Source of the DNA: Pedosphaera sp.
Lineage (GTDB): Bacteria > Verrucomicrobiota > Verrucomicrobiia > Limisphaerales > SIBH01
Length of the DNA stretch: 64,000 nt
NCBI GenBank assembly: GCA_031414955.1
Contig: JANOQV010000184.1
Coordinates: 32,001-96,000, forward strand
Reading direction: 5' to 3'
Shown: positions 1 through 9,375 of the stretch, one piece after another
Layout: every line of letters begins with the position of its first letter
Numbering within the stretch: the first letter of the stretch is position 1
Position numbers and translations under genes: made by a program
The notes under the pieces: model-generated
What the model saw: only the letters and a program-made list of their open reading frames with translations
The model's database searches: none
Told to the model about the DNA's origin: nothing

Positions 1-1674
1 GGCAAGGAAGGGCTGGCCTACGGAAATCCCTCGTGGTCGCCGGACTCGAAGACGCTCGTGGCTTTCCGCATTGAGCCGGGCGAACGCAAGGAGGTTCATC
101 TCGTCGAGTCGTCGCCCAAGGACGGCGGGCGGGCGAAGCTCAAGTCCCGCCCGTATCCGCTGCCCGGCGACAAGTTCGCGAAATACGAACCGAACGTCTT
201 CGACGTGGCGAGCCGCAAGCAGACGAAGCCCGAGGTGGACCGCTTCGAGCACGAGTGGCTGAGGCCGCGCCTGCACTGGAGCCGCGATGGGACTCGCTTC
301 GGCTATCAGCAGATTGATCGTGGGCATCAACGCTTCCGCCTTATCGAGGTCGAGGCGCAGAGCGGCGCGGCGCGCAATCTCATCGACGAGAAGACGGCAA
401 CTTTCATCTGGACGGCGCACACGGAGAGCACGGGCCTCAGCGCGGTCAACTGGCTGACGAACTCGGAGGAGATCATCTATGCCTCCGAGAGCAACGGCTG
501 GCGGCATCTTTATTTGATCGATGCGGGCGCGGGGAAATTGAAGAACGCGATCACGACCGGCGATTGGATCGTGCGCGGCCTTGACCGCATCGACGAGACG
601 AACCGGCAGGTGTGGTTCCGCGCGAGCGGCGTGTTCGCGGGGCAAGACCCGTATCTGATTCACTACGGGCGCGTGAGCTTCGACGGCGGCGGATTGGTGT
701 GGCTCACGGCGGGCGACGGCAATCACGCCCTCGCGTATTCGCCCGACCGCAAATTCATCATCGACACTTACTCGCGCGTGGACCTGCCGCCGGTGAACGA
801 ACTGCGCCGCGTCTCGGACGGCAAGCTCGTGTGCAAGCTGGAGGAAGCGGACATCACGGATTTGAAGTCGAGCGGCTGGGCGGCCTCGGAGGTCTTCGTC
901 GCCAAAGGCCGCGACGGCCAGACCGACATCTGGGGCATCATCGCCCGCCCGCGCGACTTCGACCCGAACAAGAAGTATCCGATCATCGAAGACATTTACG
1001 CCGGGCCGCAAAGTTCCTTCACCCCGAAAACCTTCAGCTCCAGTTCGCGCTACGAATCGCTGACGAAGCTCGGCTTCATCGTGGTGAAAATGGACGGCAT
1101 GGGGACGGCGAACCGCTCCAAGGCGTTCCACGATGTATGCTGGCACAACCTCAAAGATGCCGGCTTCCCCGACCGCATCCTCTGGATGAAAGCCGCCGCC
1201 GCGAAGCATCCGCACATGGACATCACGCGCGTCGGCGTCTATGGCACGTCGGCGGGCGGACAGAACGCGGCGGGCGCGGTGCTGTTCCATCCTGAGTTCT
1301 ACAAGGCCGCCGTGGCGAATTGCGGCTGCCACGACAACCGCATGGACAAAGCCTCATGGAACGAGCAGTGGATGGGCTATCCGGTCGGGCCGCACTACGG
1401 CGAAAGCTCGAACATCGACCACGCTGGCAAACTTCAGGGCCACCTGTTCCTCGTCGTCGGCGAGTTGGACAGCAACGTGCCGCCCGAATCGACCTATCGT
1501 CTCGCCGACGCGCTGATCAAGGCGAACAAGGATTTCGAGTATCTCGTCGTGCCCGGCGGCGGGCACGGCGCGGGCGGCGCGTACGGCCAGCGACGCTTGC
1601 AGGATTTCTTTCTGCGTCACCTGCTCGGCCAACAACCGCCGGATCGAAATGCTCAGAACGAATCTGCCAAATGA
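1..1674 (+). CDS. S9 family (DPP IV-like) peptidase, 5'-truncated by the window edge
   Basis: Frame is open from base 1. DPP IV N-terminal propeller-like region, IYAGP motif, nucleophile GTSAGG, D (DSNV) and H (GHG). Confidence 0.9.
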   Translation, partial: GKEGLAYGNPSWSPDSKTLVAFRIEPGERKEVHLVESSPKDGGRAKLKSRPYPLPGDKFAKYEPNVFDVASRKQTKPEVDRFEHEWLRPRLHWSRDGTRFGYQQIDRGHQRFRLIEVEAQSGAARNLIDEKTATFIWTAHTESTGLSAVNWLTNSEEIIYASESNGWRHLYLIDAGAGKLKNAITTGDWIVRGLDRIDETNRQVWFRASGVFAGQDPYLIHYGRVSFDGGGLVWLTAGDGNHALAYSPDRKFIIDTYSRVDLPPVNELRRVSDGKLVCKLEEADITDLKSSGWAASEVFVAKGRDGQTDIWGIIARPRDFDPNKKYPIIEDIYAGPQSSFTPKTFSSSSRYESLTKLGFIVVKMDGMGTANRSKAFHDVCWHNLKDAGFPDRILWMKAAAAKHPHMDITRVGVYGTSAGGQNAAGAVLFHPEFYKAAVANCGCHDNRMDKASWNEQWMGYPVGPHYGESSNIDHAGKLQGHLFLVVGELDSNVPPESTYRLADALIKANKDFEYLVVPGGGHGAGGAYGQRRLQDFFLRHLLGQQPPDRNAQNESAK

Positions 1675-3242
1675 AACCCATTGCACGAGTAGTTGCCGCC
1701 ATCGCGCTCGCCGTCTTGCTGTCGAGCCGCGTCGTCTCCGCCCAAACGGCCCCGCCCGTGACGCCGCCGCCGGATTCGTTCTTCGAGATGGTCAGCCAGC
1801 GCGACCGCGATGCGGCGCGCGCGTTCTACAAGAAGTTCATCGACGTGAAGGGGATGCCGGTCGTGGCGGCGGACGTGGTCGCGGACGCGGCGTTGCAGCG
1901 CACTTACGAAATCGTCACGCGGATGCTGGCGGGCCGACCCGATGTCGTGGAGGCGCTCGTGAAAACGAAGATGTATCTCATCGTGATGGGGCGCGAGCAG
2001 GTCTATACCGACATGCCGGAGTATCGGAACCATCCGAACCCCGCCTACCAGAACGAACGCGTGCGCGGCACCGGCGGACGGCCCACGAGTTTCGGCGAGG
2101 AGAATGTGTTGAGCCTGTCGCTCGACCGTTACGACGACGAGAGCATCGGCGTGCATGAGTTCTGCCACACCATTGACGGCGCGCTGTCCTCGATTGATCC
2201 GACGTGGCGCGAGCGGAAGAACAAAGTTTATCGCAATGCGATGGACAAGGGCTTGTGGAAACTCAGCTACGCGGCGGGGAATCCTGGCGAGTTCTGGGCG
2301 GAGATCGCGCAGTCCTATTTCGACTGCAACCGCGTCAACAACTGGAACCACGGCCCCATCGGCACGCGCGAGCAACTCAAGGCTTACGACCCGGAGAGCT
2401 ACGAACTCGTGCGCGACACGTTCAAGCTGAGTCCAGAGCAGGACTGGCGCTACACGTTCCTGCAACAGCAGCCGAGCGTCACCCCGCCACCGGCGAAGTT
2501 CAAAATGGATCCGTGGTACACGAAATTCACCTGGGCGCGCGAGTTCACCGTGCTCGGCCGCGGCGCGAGCGACACGGCGATGCTCAAGGCCAATGACACC
2601 ATCCGCAAAATGTTCGCCTATCGCCACGACATCTTGAAGGCGCTCATGGCCGACGGCGTGAAACTCGTCGTGCTCGGTCGTGGCGAGAAACTTTCCGACC
2701 TGCCGGAATACAAAACCTTCAAGGAGGTGAAGGGTTTCGACGCCCTTTCGCGCACGCTGGACTACTCGCCGGAAACGAAGCTGCTCGTCGTCGGCGAGGA
2801 GAACGTCCTCGCGAATCCGCGCGATCCGAACGTCGGCGACAACCAGGTCATCCGCGTCTTCGCTGACGCGATCTATCGCGTGACGTCGGCCCGCCCCGTT
2901 GATCCGAACTGGGAGAACCGGCGCGGCGCGGTGCAGCAGTATGAATTGCGCGTGCAACGCCTCGACGTGCGCTTCGCTGAAAAGCTCAAGGAGCTTCACG
3001 AAAAGGCGACGAGCGCCGGCAAATGGAAAGGCACCGCCGCCGTCCACGACCGAGCCGCCTATTGGACCGAAGGCGTGCTCGCTTACTTCGACGCGCTCGG
3101 CCAGGACGCCGCGCCGAATGACGCCGCGCATCCCGTCAACACGCGCGAGGCGTTGAAGAATTACGACCCCGACCTCCATGCGCTCGTGAACGAGACGATG
3201 GCCTACGACGGCCATGTGGATTGGCGGTTCCAAGCGCGATGA
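1671..3242 (+). CDS. Secreted protein with two tandem zincin-like domains; the first has HEFCH, the second lacks HExxH
   Basis: ATG 1671 overlaps the upstream stop (ATGA). Signal peptide [22 protein letters not shown] followed by EFWAE. The second half repeats GEENVL, W-K-G and YW-EG but reads IRVFADAI at the HExxH position. Confidence 0.8.
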   Translation: MKPIARVVAAIALAVLLSSRVVSAQTAPPVTPPPDSFFEMVSQRDRDAARAFYKKFIDVKGMPVVAADVVADAALQRTYEIVTRMLAGRPDVVEALVKTKMYLIVMGREQVYTDMPEYRNHPNPAYQNERVRGTGGRPTSFGEENVLSLSLDRYDDESIGVHEFCHTIDGALSSIDPTWRERKNKVYRNAMDKGLWKLSYAAGNPGEFWAEIAQSYFDCNRVNNWNHGPIGTREQLKAYDPESYELVRDTFKLSPEQDWRYTFLQQQPSVTPPPAKFKMDPWYTKFTWAREFTVLGRGASDTAMLKANDTIRKMFAYRHDILKALMADGVKLVVLGRGEKLSDLPEYKTFKEVKGFDALSRTLDYSPETKLLVVGEENVLANPRDPNVGDNQVIRVFADAIYRVTSARPVDPNWENRRGAVQQYELRVQRLDVRFAEKLKELHEKATSAGKWKGTAAVHDRAAYWTEGVLAYFDALGQDAAPNDAAHPVNTREALKNYDPDLHALVNETMAYDGHVDWRFQAR

Positions 3243-3281
3243 GTCCCGACCGTTCTTCGCCGGCTGGTGACGCGGTTCGAC

Positions 3282-3497
3282 GAATCCCAAAGGAATTGCG
3301 GCCCGAAGCTCAGGGTTGCGAGGCACGAGCTACCCTGGATCAGTCCACCCAGAGAGCCACAACCCCAACGGGGTTGCGGCCAGTCTGCCGCACGAAGAGA
3401 CGCAACCCCGTTGGGGTTGTGATTTTCTGCCGACGATTTCCCAGGGTAGCTCGTGCCTCGCAACCCTGGGCTTTGAGACGGAACGCCGTTGGCGTTC
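3282..3497. repeat. Non-coding inverted-repeat element with three hairpins per arm (REPIN-like)
   Basis: 3306-3338 pairs with 3441-3473 (1 mismatch); 3358-3378 pairs perfectly with 3401-3421; outer hairpins at 3282-3298 and 3481-3497. Confidence 0.9.
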
Positions 3498-3554
3498 GGC
3501 TACGTCGCGGCAACCATTCCCAATGACTCCTGGAATTTCGTGACGAACCTCTTT

Positions 3555-5156
3555 ATGCGGAAAATATTTTCGTCGAGAATCTGCCACATCCCGCTTTTCA
3601 TCTGCCTGGCCACGTTCGTCACACTTCCCGGAAACACTCTGGCGCTCGAATCAGTCGTCTTCACCGTCCGCTTTCCCTCGCCGACTTCGCACGTTGCCGA
3701 AGTGGAAGCGGTGATTCCGACGAGCAAACGCGCGGCGGTCGAACTGATCATGCCTGTGTGGACGCCCGGCTATTATCGAGTCGAGAACTACGCCAGGCGC
3801 GTTCAAGATTTCGCCGCGCGCACGCCGGAGGGAACGGCTCTCGAAGTCGAGCAACCACAGCCGAACCGCTGGCGGATTCGCACGGGCGGACGCGCGTCGG
3901 TCAACATCTCGTATCGGCTCGTGTGCGAACAGAATTCCGTCACCGGCAACTGGGTCGGGACGAACTTCGCCGTGCTGAACGGCCCGGCGACCTTCCCCGC
4001 GATGGTGGAAAAAGTCCGGCGCCCATACGAAGTGCGCCTTGAACTTCCTGTCGGTTGGGAGCGTTCGATGACCGCGCTGGATGCGGCCCCGGACGGTCTG
4101 CCGAATCACTTCCGCGCCGCTGACTACGATACACTCGCCGACTCGCCGATTCTCGCGGGCAAGTTGGCCGTGCGCGAGTTCACGGTCGCGCGCAGCCGGC
4201 ATTTCGTGGTGGATGCCGGCGAGGTCGGCCAATGGGACGGCGCGCGCGCGGCGCGGGACATCGAGAAAATCGTCGTCGAGAACCGCCGCTTCTGGGGCGA
4301 ACTGCCGTTCGAGCGTTACGTTTTCCTGAACGTGTTTCGCCGGGGCGGCGGCGGATTGGAACACAAGAACTCCACGCTGCTCACGTCGAGTCCCGGCGGC
4401 ACGAACTCCGCGCGCGGCTACGCCTCGTGGCTCGCGTTCGTCTGCCACGAATACGTCCACGCCTTCAACGTGAAGCGCCTGCGCCCGGCGGAGTTTGAAC
4501 CCATCGACTACGACAAGCCGCCGCGCACCGGCAGCCTCTGGGTCTCGGAAGGGCTGACCACCTATTACGGAGAACTGCTGGCCGTGCGCGCTGGCGTGCG
4601 GACTCCGCAGGATTTTCTCGCGTGGCTCTCGTCCGAGATCAAGCGCCTCCAAACTTCGCCCGGACGGCTCGCGCAGTCGCTCGAACAATCCTCGCTCGAG
4701 GTTTGGGACACGCCGACCTCCGGCCTGCCGAGCGCGAGCACCAATACCGTGAGCTACTACGTCAAGGGACCCATCGTCGGATTCCTGCTCGACGCAAAGA
4801 TTCAGCGCGCGACCGGCGGCCGGAAGACGCTCGATGACGTGATGCGGCTCGCCTACAAACGCTACTCCGGCCAACGCGGCTTCACGCCGGAGCAGTTCCG
4901 CCAGACGCCGGAGAAAATCGCGGGCCTCGATCTCCGCGACTGGTTCCGCCGCGCCCTCTCCTCGACCGAGGAACTGGATTACGCCGAGGCGCTCGACTGG
5001 TTCGGCTTGCAGTTCGGTCCGCCCGAAGACCCGGCGAAGAAGTGGAAACTCGAACCGCGCGCGAACGCGACGCCCCAGCAACAGGCCCGCCTGCAACGGC
5101 TGACGGGCAGCGCCTCGCCGCCTCGCCTGGTCGGGCCAGCCGCCGGAGGCAAATAA
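3555..5156 (+). CDS. M61 family (glycyl aminopeptidase-like) metallopeptidase, secreted
   Basis: MPVWTPGYY, GGGGLEHKNS, HEYVH, NVKRLRP, LWVSEGLTTYY and SYYVKG motifs; signal peptide; no C-terminal PDZ domain. Confidence 0.9.
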   Translation: MRKIFSSRICHIPLFICLATFVTLPGNTLALESVVFTVRFPSPTSHVAEVEAVIPTSKRAAVELIMPVWTPGYYRVENYARRVQDFAARTPEGTALEVEQPQPNRWRIRTGGRASVNISYRLVCEQNSVTGNWVGTNFAVLNGPATFPAMVEKVRRPYEVRLELPVGWERSMTALDAAPDGLPNHFRAADYDTLADSPILAGKLAVREFTVARSRHFVVDAGEVGQWDGARAARDIEKIVVENRRFWGELPFERYVFLNVFRRGGGGLEHKNSTLLTSSPGGTNSARGYASWLAFVCHEYVHAFNVKRLRPAEFEPIDYDKPPRTGSLWVSEGLTTYYGELLAVRAGVRTPQDFLAWLSSEIKRLQTSPGRLAQSLEQSSLEVWDTPTSGLPSASTNTVSYYVKGPIVGFLLDAKIQRATGGRKTLDDVMRLAYKRYSGQRGFTPEQFRQTPEKIAGLDLRDWFRRALSSTEELDYAEALDWFGLQFGPPEDPAKKWKLEPRANATPQQQARLQRLTGSASPPRLVGPAAGGK

Positions 5157-5245
5157 GTTATGCGCTCCGGAGAAATTGCAGTCGTTGAGCAAGCCGCGAA
5201 AAGCGGCAGAGGACTGGCGCTTTCCCAGGGAGGCTCGTTGTGAAT

Positions 5246-5437
5246 ATGAATTCAAATCCACTGCGGAAGCGGCTCCGGTTTCTGACGCCGGTTCTCTTGC
5301 TGGTCGTGAGCCAGGCAACCGCTTTCGCCGCCGAGTCCGCCCGCGCCGATGGCAGGCCACCCATCACCACCACGAACAGCGTTGAATCCGTCGCGCCGAT
5401 GAATTCCAATGCCGCAACGAACACATCGCTGCGATGA
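5246..5437 (+). CDS. Small putative secreted peptide (63 aa)
   Basis: Classical signal peptide (RKRLR, hydrophobic core, AFA). Its TGA overlaps the next ATG at 5434. Confidence 0.45.
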   Translation: MNSNPLRKRLRFLTPVLLLVVSQATAFAAESARADGRPPITTTNSVESVAPMNSNAATNTSLR

Positions 5438-7662
5438 AAATGAAACCATCCTTTGCCATCAGCACGTCGCTGATCGCCTTTCTTGCAACCGCCTGGCTGG
5501 CGCCGGCGCAGACCACCGGGGAGCACAAGTCCGCCGGCAAGGAAGTGGCGAAGCAGGCCGTGGGTGACTGGGCGGACGCGCGCTGGAACCAGACGATGGT
5601 CGGGCCGTTCCTCGCCTCGAATCTGCAGACGCCCGGCGGCACGGTGGCGAAGGCGCTGTCCATTCGCGTCGGCAATGATGGCGAGGCGACGGTGTGCTAC
5701 GACACCGGCAAGCCGGGGCTGCGCGCGGCGTGGGAGGGTGGCTTCCTCAAGTTCGACGGGCGGCGCTTCGGCTTGCTCTACGCGCCGGCGGCGGCGGGCG
5801 AGTGGGCTTTCGCTTTCGCCGGCGGCTGGCTGGGAGCGCAAGCGCGACATGAGTCCATTCAGGCAAGCGGCAAGCGGGTGGTGTTGAGCACGCGCGTGGG
5901 AGTGACGGCGGTGCAGGAATCGCCGTGGTTCGAGCGCGCGAACGGGCTGGGGATATTTTCCCGAACCTTTGAAGTCGCCCCAGGGGAGTCCGCGCTCATG
6001 CACGCGGTCGCCCTTGAATCCAAGGTTCCAGACTGGTGGATCGAACGACGTGATCGTGTGGTCGTGTTGCACGGGAAGGACGGCGCGGTGACAGCGCTCG
6101 CCCTGGCCGGGAAGTCCGACGCCCGGCTGAACGCCGGCGGTAACGACGTGACCCTGACCTTCCCGGCCCGGCCGGAGCCGGTGCGCGTGAAACTGCTGAT
6201 CTGGCCGGGCACGAAGGACAGGCTGGGTGAGTTCGAGCAGTTCGCGTCTTCCGCCACCGGACCCGAAAACCTGACTGAATTCGCCAAACCCGCCCCTGGC
6301 CGCTGGCCCGCCATCACCAATGTCGGCCAGATTGGTTTCGCCAACGACGGCTTCGCGGTGGACACCATCACGGTGCCCTACGCGAATCCTTGGAAGGCGC
6401 TGTTCTTTTGCTCGGGCGTGGGCTTCTTCAGCGACGGCTCGGCGGCGGTCAGCACGATTCATGGCGACGTATGGAAGGTCAGCGGCATCGACGACAAACT
6501 GCGCGCCGTGACGTGGCGGCGCTTTGCCACCGGACTCTTTCAACCGCTCGGCCTGCAGGTGGTGAATGACCGGGTGCATGTGCTGGGGCGCGATCAAATC
6601 ACCGTGTTGCACGACGAGAACGGCGACGGCGAAGCGGATCGCTACGAGAACTTCAGCAACCTGCTCGACACCTCGACCGGCGGTCACGACTACGTGACGA
6701 GCCTGGAGCGCGACGCGGCGGGGAATTTCTACTACATCGATCCCCAGGGCGTGCAGCGCATCTCGCCCGACGGGAAGACGAAGACCACGCTCGCGACCGG
6801 CCTGCGCAATCCAAACGGGATGGGCGTCGGCCCGAGCGCGAATCCCGTCATCACTGCCGCGCCGCAGCAGGGCGAGTGGACGCCGTCGTCGGTCATCTTC
6901 GAGGTGGTGAAGCCGGGCGCGCACTTCGGGTATCGCGGGCCGCAGGTGACGCCGGAGCGCCCACTCGGCTACGACGCGCCGCTCTGTTGGTTGCCGCACG
7001 CCTTCGATAATTCGAGCGGCAGCCAGGTGTGGGTGCCGGAAGGGAAATGGGGTGCGCTCGGTGGTCACATGCTGCACCTGCTCTGGGGCCGTTGCGCGAT
7101 GGCGCTGGTCTTGCGCGATGTGATCGATGGCCAACCGCAAGGCGCAGCGGTGGCGCTGCCGGGGAAATTTCTCTCCGGCCCGATGCGCGGAACTTTCTCA
7201 CCCAAGGACGGTCACCTCTACATTGCGGGCAGCACGGGTTGGCAGACGAGCGCGGCGAAGGACGGCAGTCTCCAACGCGTGCGCCGCACCGGGACAGTCA
7301 CGCGCACGCCGATCGCCTGGCACGCGCATCGCAACGGTTTGAAGCTCACCTTCGCCGAGCCGCTCGACAAAGCCGCCGCCGAGGACGCGGGCAGTTACGC
7401 GATTCAGCAATGGAACTACCGCTATGCCGCCCGTTACGGCTCGAAGGATTACTCCGTCGCCGATCCAGACAAGGAAGGCCGCGACGAGGTGGTGGTGCGT
7501 TCCGCGAAAGTTTTGCCCGACGGCAAGAGTGTTTTCATTCAGACCGATGAGCTGAAGCCGGTCATGCAGATGGAGGTGCGTTACAATCTGCCGTTCGCCA
7601 GCGGCGCATCGGCGGCGGGACCGCTCTACCTGACCTTAAACAAATTTGATGCCCCGTTTTGA
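5434..7662 (+). CDS. Secreted DUF6797-like / glucose-sorbosone dehydrogenase-like beta-propeller protein
   Basis: Signal peptide; FATGLFQPLGL, LHDENGDGEADRYENF, ATGLRNPNGMG and QQGEWTPSS motifs typical of the PVC family; no CxxCH. Confidence 0.7.
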   Translation: MKMKPSFAISTSLIAFLATAWLAPAQTTGEHKSAGKEVAKQAVGDWADARWNQTMVGPFLASNLQTPGGTVAKALSIRVGNDGEATVCYDTGKPGLRAAWEGGFLKFDGRRFGLLYAPAAAGEWAFAFAGGWLGAQARHESIQASGKRVVLSTRVGVTAVQESPWFERANGLGIFSRTFEVAPGESALMHAVALESKVPDWWIERRDRVVVLHGKDGAVTALALAGKSDARLNAGGNDVTLTFPARPEPVRVKLLIWPGTKDRLGEFEQFASSATGPENLTEFAKPAPGRWPAITNVGQIGFANDGFAVDTITVPYANPWKALFFCSGVGFFSDGSAAVSTIHGDVWKVSGIDDKLRAVTWRRFATGLFQPLGLQVVNDRVHVLGRDQITVLHDENGDGEADRYENFSNLLDTSTGGHDYVTSLERDAAGNFYYIDPQGVQRISPDGKTKTTLATGLRNPNGMGVGPSANPVITAAPQQGEWTPSSVIFEVVKPGAHFGYRGPQVTPERPLGYDAPLCWLPHAFDNSSGSQVWVPEGKWGALGGHMLHLLWGRCAMALVLRDVIDGQPQGAAVALPGKFLSGPMRGTFSPKDGHLYIAGSTGWQTSAAKDGSLQRVRRTGTVTRTPIAWHAHRNGLKLTFAEPLDKAAAEDAGSYAIQQWNYRYAARYGSKDYSVADPDKEGRDEVVVRSAKVLPDGKSVFIQTDELKPVMQMEVRYNLPFASGASAAGPLYLTLNKFDAPF

Positions 7663-7724
7663 CTCACTGATTACTGATCACCGTTTACTGACTCACTAAC
7701 CAACCAACCAACTACGAACCAAGA

Positions 7725-8633
7725 ATGAAACACATCTGGCAAGGCGTTTTCCCCGCCATCACGACTCAAATGCACAAGGACGGCTCGCTCGATCTCGACG
7801 CGACCGCCACCCACGTCGAGGCACTGATCAAGTCCGGCATCAACGGCCTGATCTTCCTCGGCTCGCTCGGCGAGAACCAGCCCATGACCGGCGACGAAAA
7901 GCGCCGAGTAATGGCCGCGATGATTGAAGTCGTGAACGGACGCATCCCCGTCTTGAGCGGCGTGGCCGAGACGAGCACGGCAGAAGCCGTGCGCTACACC
8001 CGCGACGTGGAGAAACTCGGCGCGGACGGCGTGATGCTCATGCCCGCGATGCTTTACAAAGGCGACCCGGACGAAACGCTCGCGCACTTCCGCACCGTGG
8101 CCAAGAGCACCGGCTTGCCGATCATGATTTACAACAACCCGCTCAGCTACGCGAACGACATCACGCCCGAGCTGTTCGCGAAGCTGGCGAACCAGAAGAA
8201 CTTTGTCGCCCTCAAGGAAAGCTCCGGCGACGTGCGCCGCATCACCGACTTGCACAACACCGTCGGTGACCGTTACGCCATCTTCACCGGCGTGGACAAC
8301 CTCTGCCTCGAAGCCAGCATCCTCGGTATCGACGGCTGGGTCGCCGGCAGCGGCATCGCCTTCCCGGCGGAGAACCAATACTTCTGGGAACTCACGCGCG
8401 CCGGCAAGTGGGACGAAGCCCGCGCGATTTACCGCTGGTTCACGCCGCTGCTGCACCTCGATGTCAGCACCAAGTTCGTGCAATACATCAAGCTGGCCGT
8501 GCAAGAAGCCGGCCTCGGCAAAGAATGGGTGCGCTCGCCGCGCCTCGTGTTGAAAGGCGAAGAGCGCAAGCGCGTGTTGAAGATCATCCACGACGGCATC
8601 GCCAAGCGGCCGAAGGTTCCGAAGCGGAAGTGA
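7725..8633 (+). CDS. DHDPS/NAL family protein, probable 1-pyrroline-4-hydroxy-2-carboxylate deaminase
   Basis: GVFPAITTQ, LGSLGEN, MIYNNP and ALKESSGD (Schiff-base Lys); lies near a proline racemase family gene and a D-amino acid dehydrogenase gene. Confidence 0.85.
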   Translation: MKHIWQGVFPAITTQMHKDGSLDLDATATHVEALIKSGINGLIFLGSLGENQPMTGDEKRRVMAAMIEVVNGRIPVLSGVAETSTAEAVRYTRDVEKLGADGVMLMPAMLYKGDPDETLAHFRTVAKSTGLPIMIYNNPLSYANDITPELFAKLANQKNFVALKESSGDVRRITDLHNTVGDRYAIFTGVDNLCLEASILGIDGWVAGSGIAFPAENQYFWELTRAGKWDEARAIYRWFTPLLHLDVSTKFVQYIKLAVQEAGLGKEWVRSPRLVLKGEERKRVLKIIHDGIAKRPKVPKRK

Positions 8634-8667
8634 GCGCAAAGGGAAACAAGGAATCATGAATGCCAAC

Positions 8668-9375
8668 GCCGGAAGCCCGGAGGGCTTCCATGTGAATAGC
8701 CCCCGGTGCAACCGGGGGCTACGAGGCGAATGATGACGCAACCCCGGAGGGGTTGAACCCAACGACAAACTAACGCTGACGAACTACCAAGCCCGCCATG
8801 TCATCGTACACACAAATCCTCTACCACATCGTCTTCGCGACGAAGGGGCGGCGGCGTGTTCTGGACAAAGCCCGACGTGACGATCTGTTCCGCTACCTCT
8901 GGGGCGTGGTGAAAAACCACGACTCGCATCTCTACCGCATTGGTGGTGTGGAAGATCACGTTCACATCCTCTCCTCGCTTCATCCAACGGTCGCACTCGC
9001 GGATTTTGTCAAAGACCTCAAAGTGGCCTCCTCAAAGTGGATCAAAGATGAGCGCGTGTTCCCAGAGTTCGAGGCCTGGCAGGAGGGTTATGCCGCGCTA
9101 ACGTGTTCGTGGGCGGAACGAGACGGATTGATCGAATACATCAAAGGGCAGGAGGAGCATCATCGCACTGTGCCGTTTCTGGATGAGTATCGGGAAATGT
9201 TGCGCACGGCCGGGGTGGAATTGGACGGAAGGTTTTTGCCATGAGAACGATTCGACGCAGGTTTCAACGGCGGACAGGATCGGGTTCAACCCCTCCGGGG
9301 TTGATTCCTTCTTTCACACGGTCACCCCCGGTTACACCGAGGGCTATTCATGTTGAAGCCCTCCGGGCTTCTGGC
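8668..9375 (+). mobile_element. IS200-type HUH transposase gene bounded by ~93-bp imperfect inverted arms (RAYT/REP-like unit)
   Basis: 8668-8760 matches the reverse complement of 9282-9375. Each arm holds the hairpins aagccc-gga-gggctt, ccc(c/t)cggtg(c/t)aaccggggg and caacccc-gga-ggggttg. Confidence 0.85.
8798..9244 (+). CDS. tnpA: IS200/IS605 family Y1 (HUH) transposase
   Basis: YHIVFATK, DHVHIL (HUH), WQEGY and EYIKGQ (catalytic Tyr); 148 aa. Confidence 0.93.
   Translation: MSSYTQILYHIVFATKGRRRVLDKARRDDLFRYLWGVVKNHDSHLYRIGGVEDHVHILSSLHPTVALADFVKDLKVASSKWIKDERVFPEFEAWQEGYAALTCSWAERDGLIEYIKGQEEHHRTVPFLDEYREMLRTAGVELDGRFLP

Noticed and set aside
1320..1670. Upstream extensions given by the ORF track (also 12276, 14054, 43983..45338, 62225)
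   Set aside because: They overlap neighbouring genes or repeats; downstream starts with stop-start overlaps or signal peptides are better supported.
3270..3300. ggttcga and gggttcaa motifs (also at 9282) as tRNA T-loops
   Set aside because: No cloverleaf can be built; both lie at or in inverted-repeat elements.
7663..7720. Short tandem units (actgatt/actgact, aacc)
   Set aside because: Probably a decayed half of a short-unit repeat element with no pairing arm; too weak to call.
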